Shown one piece after another: positions 58,301 through 64,000 of a stretch of 64,000 nucleotides of DNA. The stretch's first letter is position 1; each line of letters starts with the position of its first letter. Location of the stretch: contig NC_134028.1 of the NCBI RefSeq assembly GCF_964204645.1, positions 24,982,345 to 25,046,344 on the forward strand, in the 5' to 3' direction. This DNA is from Tubulanus polymorphus (lineage: Eukaryota > Animalia > Nemertea). The notes beneath the pieces were generated by a model. That model did not search any database and was not told the origin of the DNA. It worked only from the letters and a program-made list of their open reading frames with translations. A program made the translations under genes and the position numbers.

Positions 58301-61300
58301 TCCTTGGGTATGACCCTAGTCCACTGTGCTAGCCTTGTCCAGGCCAGGACACAAAACGCCATTTTTGAGATAATATTCCTCCGTAATTGAGTAACACCCT
58401 GTATCTGGTATTCTTAATTACTCAGCCAAACCTTACCGGGACACGTCAAATTATTTCCCATCAGCTCGTACGTATTTCTTTTCGGATCGTAAAGACATCT
58501 GCGTTCTAGTTCGACTACATCGGGTCGGCCGTCAGTACAGTTATAGGTAACTGTCTCCGTGTAACCGACCGGGCTGGAAGTACTCGGGGTCGGTGGATAC
58601 TTCAAACCAGACAGCAATACGGGATTACACTTGATAGCTAAATTAGAAAAAAATAGATCATAATTCAGTAGTCTATTGTCAATTGAACGTTGAACGACGA
58701 GGAAGGATTCTGACAATCGAGGATTTGCCAGGTGTCGCGCTAGTGTGCAGTAGGACAACAACCCTTGCGGCAATAGAGACAACTAACTTGCGTTAGGTGA
58801 AGATTCACCAGGTTGTGTGTTATCTAATCTAAGATGTGGGAAGTTGAACATCTGGGTCCAGTTCCACAGTTCTGAGTTAAGATTTGACCCTGAGTTAACT
58901 CATTGAAAATGAACTAATTTTAACTCAGAGTTAACTCTAACTCACAACTGTGGAACTGGGTCCTGGATCTTAGCTAATTGAAAATTCTTATATTACTATC
59001 GTATTTCCCTTTCTTTATGTACGCCACCTAGGGGCATAGCAAGTGGAATGGTGTTCCTCACTACACATGAGAGTGCCAATAGATGTAACGAAAGGACATT
59101 AATGATTAGTAATATATGAACATTTCGACTTTTACATTACAAGATGACGAGATATGATGAAAAATGAACCTTTCGCGTTTCTATATAAATATATTTGTTT
59201 ACAAAATGTGTGTGGTGTGACATTGCATTTTTGATGCAAAAATTGAATAAGTGAATTTCGGCGTTACCTGTGCATGTCGGGGGCGATGAAGTCCAGGTGC
59301 CGTTCGAGTTGCATGTGATCGTCGATGCTCCTGATAGATTGAACCCGATGTCGCACATAAAATCGATAGCGTCTCCGAAGTGGAAGACTTTTCTCGTGGT
59401 CAGTGCTCGACCATTTGTGATCGTCAATACACCGCTATCATTGCACAACCTCTCTAAGAATAATCATATAAAAATAAGATGTAATCTATACAGAGCCGAT
59501 GAAATGACTCTTGATTCGAATAGATATAATTATTTCTTTAGATTCAAACTCAGTTATTTTGAACTGGATTCCTGATCGTTGAAAAAAGAAATCATTGTCT
59601 GAATTTTCTCGGCCCAGTTTGAGAAGGTCATCACTATACCGTCTCTTCATATTCGTTTCATTGGCCTTTCTTACATAGCTTATCATAATATAATCACAAT
59701 CACGTTGAAGTTATTGAAAATGAGCAGTTTGCTTTGAGGAAACTAATCATTAAGGCGTGGGTAGGTCAACTCGCTAATGTTTGCCAAGCGACGTGATCGT
59801 AATTTGTTGCAAACCAGCTCGTTGGTCGACAGCTGCGACGGCATGTGACTAGTCTCAGTCACGGTGAAAGTAGGTTGCGTAGGTCGCGTCACTAGTATTC
59901 GCAAGGCCAGTCAGCGCCCGCCTTGAGTTTCGTAATTTAAACTTACTGACGCAGGTGTGGTTAATGTGATACGTGTCGCCGGCTCTCAGACCAGTTTCCG
60001 AAGCGGGGATCACGAATCCACTCGTACCGTTCGAGTCGTACAGAACGTATCCATCCTTACAGCCGCAGGTATAACCACCCTGGGAGTTAGTGCATATTCC
60101 GTTCGATCTATCACAACGAATCATTCCGGCTTGACATTCGTTGATATCTAGCGAAGATGATTTCAATCAAGGATATGTTTTGATGGAAATTTCGAAAGAT
60201 CTGATGAGATCTGGAATATCGGCATGTTTGAATTGCTGTATGAGACAATACGCTTACCTGTGCAGTTGCGCGAGCCGACAAGTTTGTAACCGGTCTTACA
60301 AGCGCACGTGTACGCACCGACAGTGTTCTCACATATCTGATCGCATCGTGCGCTTTGTTGCTTGCATTCGTTTACATCTAAATGAATATTTTAAATGTCG
60401 GAAATTATCCTCTATGAAAATGCAACCTGTACATTCATTTAGGTGAGGGGGGGGGGACACGGCCGAACTAACTTAACAGTTTAACAGATCGAACATCGGA
60501 AATGAACTAATGTTGATTTTTGATTCAAACTTTTTTTGTAAAACTGGCGAAGGGGGCCTTTCTCAATCCTGACCACCGCTGTAAATCGGTGAAAGCATTC
60601 GATTCGATTTACCTCCGCAAGTCGGTATTTGCGTCCAGGTCTGGTTACTCAGACAGGTAGCGTTAGTTTGGTTTGTTTTCAGTTCGTATCCGGTTTTGCA
60701 AACGATCTCGACGCTGTCTTCGTATTGGTATGATTGCGCTAGTGGTTTAACGGTAGCGTCTGGTACGTCCACTGGACCGCATAACTTCCCTATACATAGA
60801 TATATAGCAAATGGTAAGAACTCGAAATGTTACAACTAGCGATCGTACTTTTTTGAAAAGAAATCTTTACGCCATTTTTTGAATCAAGTAATTCGAATTC
60901 AAATCCGTGGAACGGTTGAATCGTGGTACATACTTTGACAGGTAGGTGGCGCCGCGGACCAATTGCCATCCATGCGGCAGACGATTTTTACCGCGCCGTT
61001 ACTCACTTCGTAACCGGGGTCGCATTCATATTCGACGACGTCACCAACTGCCGTGGCATTCGGGGATGTTTGGCGCACGTTTGGTGCCAAATGCGTCGGT
61101 GCTGAACATTTGTTTGCTTAAAAAGTTAGAATCGGTTTGGATAAGAACTCGCGTTCAATTTAGAACGAGAAAGCGGTAGATTCAAGACGTGGTGCCCGAT
61201 TGCTAATCTACTCTCATGTTCTGGAGCTGTCATTTACTGACAATTGGTTGATACTTTTGCCATACGCTAGGATAATCGTTTTTACTTTGGTGAATGAGCT

Positions 61301-63678
61301 GTTTATAGAATAATTCCACGGAAATCGGGATTCGAACACATGTTGTCTTTGTTGACGCCCGGACCGATTATTGTGACGTATGGCAAAAAGCATCGACCCG
61401 AACTTAAATGAAGTTGAATATCTTCTGTCTCCGCATATCGTATAGCATGTACAAATCAGTATAGTTTTCGTCGAGAAACTGCGCCTTACCTTCGCAAGTT
61501 GGGGAAATCGACCACGTTTGGTTGTCTAGACATCGAATGACGTCACCACCACTGAGGCGGTAGCCGGCGTTACAGGCTATCGAAGCGTTTTTGCCGTAAA
61601 CCGTTCCCGTGGAACTTTTCACGTAGCCGTTTTGTATAACACCTATTTCGCCGCAAGGTTTCGCTAAAAGAACGAACATGTTGTCGTATCAATCGAACCG
61701 TCTGTCCTCCTTTAACAACTTCCTTTCCCAATTTGCTCAATTAACGCGCCTTATGCCCTTGTTTGTAGACTTAATTTGCACCCGACAAAACTGAAATTCC
61801 AGGTCGTTTCCTTTATTGTAATCTTTGTAAATACTGGGGTTTATAATCAATCATTCGCGTCTAAGAAAACACATTCTACTATTGTCCCCTTTTCGATTGA
61901 TGTGATTTGACCTTTTCCACTTTGGTTTTCGTTCTCGTATTCGATATTTACTTACGCTGACAAGATGGCGGCGAATTTTGGAAAGACCATATTCCACCGT
62001 AGAGACACGAGCCTTGAATCGTGCTCGTTTCGTTGTAACGAGTCGTAGCGAAATGGTAACCCGGCTTGCAGGTCACAGAAACTTCGAACCTGTACGGGTG
62101 TGGACCATCGTTCGGCTTAACAACCGTATTTTCGTTCAACGATAGCTTCGGGCAATCTGAAATGAAGCCATTATCTCTATGAATATATTTCAATCTTTAA
62201 AAGAAAAAAAAACTGGCTTAAAGATAGTCGTGTGGGTGAGTGGTAAGAGCATTCATCTTTGGTATTCCATGTGCCATGGGTTCGAACCCAATCCATGTTT
62301 TGTAGTACCCCGGTGCAAGACACTGGTCCTCAATGCCCCCAAAGCTAGGTGTACGTCGTTAGCGCTGAGTACTAGATTACTAATACGCTGTTAGGGATAT
62401 ACGTTCGGTGTACCAATCAACTTAGGGCATCTGAACTTCCCTTGAAGATATTTGTCATGTACAAGAACTACAAATTTCCAGGCTAATTGTACAAGAAGCA
62501 CAATTAGACGTATTACTATAATACCAACTTTTAATAGAATAGAACCGAACCTGCTGAGCACAGAAACTCGGAGTAGGTCTGGTTGACAGCCGGCTGGTAT
62601 CGCGTGGCTAAAACCGTCCGCCTCCAATCGGATAAAAGTTCGCACAATTGCGTAGCATCGTTAAAGTTTAACGCCAGACATTTCTGGAAGGCGCTGCAGC
62701 GATTCTGACAATCGGTCAAGTTGGCCACGGTAGAATTATCGAGGATTCCAGACGTCTTCAGGAACTGTCCACGTGCTATCATCCATCCTTTCGACTTGTT
62801 CGCCGGGCATTCTAAATCAACTGCAAGAAGAAAGAGTAACTGTTTTTGAAAGAGAGTTAAATCATTTTCTCAAGTAACGAAATCATGCAATTACACAATT
62901 CATTTTACGGCTTAATGTGTTCCAATAACACGCTACGATCTTTACATTGTTTATAGTGTAAGACGAATCCTCTTGTCTGGAAACTATTTTGTGAGGCGAC
63001 CTTCAAACGAATAAAAGCGAATCGCCAGGTTGTCCTGAACAGCAACTTTCTGAGATTTCGCGACTGAAGTTTAACAATTCTTTTTGCCACGTCTGTTTTG
63101 CCGTCGAAAATCTCTAGGTAAGCGTGTGGTCCATCGACATCGGCATCAGCAACCTGCGAAAAAAATATGAAAACATAAGAAAATAGCGTGGTAAAAGTAA
63201 TTAGTTGAGGAAACATCGATGGCTTCATGGGAGACACCTCACGAAGCGCGAAAAATGCGATCGCGAAAGTGCCTGGAAGTAACCATTCAAAAGAGTATCC
63301 TGATTTAATGACATTTGGGAATAGCTTTCTGAAACATAATGATACCATGACTTCTTCAATCATACAACGTCAGGTTGGAGATTCGTGTTGAATTAAATGG
63401 GGTAACCTTTCGAGGGATCTCAGAATCCCAATAGTAAGAAGTTATTAAAGTTCTCTTCAGCCGTGAAGGTTAAGTTAAATCTGATACCAATAAAAACCGA
63501 TCATTTACACCCACCTCTAGATTGAGATACGCCTCGGGCGCATTTGCGACGATTGAGTAGCTGTAATAGTCAGCTACGATATTTCCAGGCGTAAAAAACG
63601 GATACATCGGTGAAGCTAAACTCGACCAAGAATCGGCAGCGACGATTGTCGTAGAAATTTGAAAAGGCCACGGAATCT
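40343..63678 (-). CDS. Giant multidomain type I membrane protein, uninflatable/SVEP1-like (5' end outside the window); 49 exons, about 2875 codons visible
   Basis: Exons in transcription order: 63678-63515, 63153-62946, 62820-62551, 62156-61956, 61663-61490, 61116-60934, 60789-60613, 60377-60258, 60147-59947, 59453-59268, 58637-58437, 58059-57859, 57427-57236, 57080-56844, 56504-56265, 55903-55703, 54998-54784, 54590-54305, 53979-53824, 53708-53568, 52959-52801, 52690-52598, 52337-52218, 51734-51605, 51044-50908, 50767-50549, 50032-49805, 49315-49182, 48810-48608, 48438-48314, 48240-48142, 47925-47785, 47669-47504, 47173-46952, 46681-46419, 46114-45974, 45620-45525, 45275-45063, 44986-44740, 44440-44233, 44126-43988, 43733-43572, 43355-43191, 43028-42768, 42612-42496, 42077-41972, 41819-41544, 40876-40861, 40432-40343. 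All are GT-AG and the frame is consistent (8630 nt = 2 + 2876 codons). Domain order: CUB, PAN, 4 CCP, 2 cbEGF, 4 CCP, 2 HYR, CCP, linker, 3 ephrin-receptor-like, EGF array, pentraxin/LamG, HYR, CCP, linker, ephrin-receptor-like repeats, mucin, EGF, TM, tail. Confidence 0.9.
40861..40876 (-). CDS. 16-nt microexon of the giant receptor (encodes D-G-A-D-E-R)
   Basis: atttttcctttcag|TGGCGCCGATGAACGG|gtaagc. It bridges a phase-2 donor to the phase-0 last exon. Confidence 0.75.
41972..42077 (-). CDS. Transmembrane exon of the giant receptor
   Basis: EDDNSYEY-IIGGTIGGITVVILLLLLGVWI-CWCRR: a hydrophobic helix followed by Cys and a basic stop-transfer sequence. Confidence 0.9.
42768..43028 (-). CDS. 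Thr/Ser/Pro-rich mucin-like stalk exon
   Basis: Poly-Thr run followed by PVPTTT repeats and a Ser-rich stretch; phase 1-1 exon. Confidence 0.85.
48941..48980 (-). ncRNA. Hammerhead ribozyme motif (Penelope-like type), intronic, sense to the giant receptor pre-mRNA
   Basis: Minus strand reads cc-CTGATGA-T-GGCTAT(tagaat)ATAGGC-GAAAC-GTT-g. The core is intact and it belongs to the same TGATGATGGCTA.TAG family as 1497-1535. Confidence 0.55.
53217..53266 (-). repeat. Dispersed repeat copy 2 (CCCGGCAGG family); body may extend to about 53545
   Basis: TTCCGTTCCCGGCAGGTGTGGTGGGTTTGTAAGGG matches 10203-10240. Confidence 0.65.
55453..55520 (-). repeat. Dispersed repeat copy 3 (CCCGGCAGG family)
   Basis: TTCGATTTCAGATTTTAAAATCAAACCCTGCTTCGTTCCCGGCAGGTATGGAAGGTTTGT aligns to 10174-10234. 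Confidence 0.7.
58855..58962. mobile_element. 108-bp MITE (PIF/Harbinger-like, CWG TSD)
   Basis: TIRs GGTCCAGTTCCACAGTT / AACTGTGGAACTGGGTC (14 bp perfect), with CTG duplicated on both flanks and internal GAGTTAACTC palindromes. Related end fragments occur near 9445, 26851, 55217 and 56592. Confidence 0.8.
62226..62345 (+). mobile_element. tRNA-derived SINE head
   Basis: A-box TGGGTGAGTGG (62233-62243) and B-box GGTTCGAACCC (62279-62289), then GCAAGACACT resembling a SINE CORE-type body. Confidence 0.6.
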
Positions 63679-63856
63679 CTGTGTCATTAAGAAAGATGAA
63701 GAAAAACGACATTGAATTTCTAAATAAACTCACGATTCATACATAATATAGAGTCCCACATCAAAGATAAAATGAGGTAAAAATGTTTCCTATATTCGAT
63801 GTTTCAGCAATATCCTAAAAATAATCTCCAGGTATACTGATACGAAGTAATTCAGC

Positions 63857-63894
63857 ATTCCTGAAGATGACGATAAGGGTATCGTCGAAGCTTA
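63857..63894 (+). ncRNA. Hammerhead-like motif with perfect stem II
   Basis: CTGAAGA-T-GACGATA(aggg)TATCGTC-GAAGCTTA. Stem II is a perfect 7 bp, but one A of GAAA is missing and stem I is unpaired. Confidence 0.4.
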
Positions 63895-64000
63895 TATTCT
63901 TGTTAGCATTTTTTATTTTACAAGGATTTGCAGATCAAGTGCAAATAAGTAAACTATAACAGAATATTCAGGGCATATTAGGGGCATTCGGTGTCTCTTT

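Overview
Eukaryotic (metazoan) genomic DNA: AT-rich, CpG not depleted, short GT-AG introns. A lophotrochozoan-type marine invertebrate is plausible but is inference only. Hand splicing gives five well-supported protein-coding genes. (1) A 3-exon core-2/I-branching beta-1,6-GlcNAc-transferase (+, 4750-6679). (2) An intronless class A GPCR (-, 24791-25723). (3) A 10-exon zinc-dependent class-III-like alcohol dehydrogenase (-, 32895-37428). (4) A 3-exon secreted PAN + atypical C-type lectin protein (+, 38203-39968). (5) The 3' 49 exons (about 2875 codons) of a giant uninflatable/SVEP1-like type I membrane protein (-, 40343 to beyond 64000). The region 7-24 kb is largely non-coding, with orphan candidate exons. 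Repeats include MITEs, tRNA-derived SINEs, a truncated LINE with a target-site duplication, several Penelope-type hammerhead ribozyme motifs and a 20-bp minisatellite. The most notable observations are a 16-nt microexon that sets the frame of the giant receptor's cytoplasmic tail, an ADH that has lost the GSNO-reductase substrate residues, a minisatellite built of phased TGACGTGG (UPRE/CREB3) sites upstream of the Golgi glycosyltransferase, and dispersed hammerhead motifs. No database search was possible; family calls rest on motif recognition.
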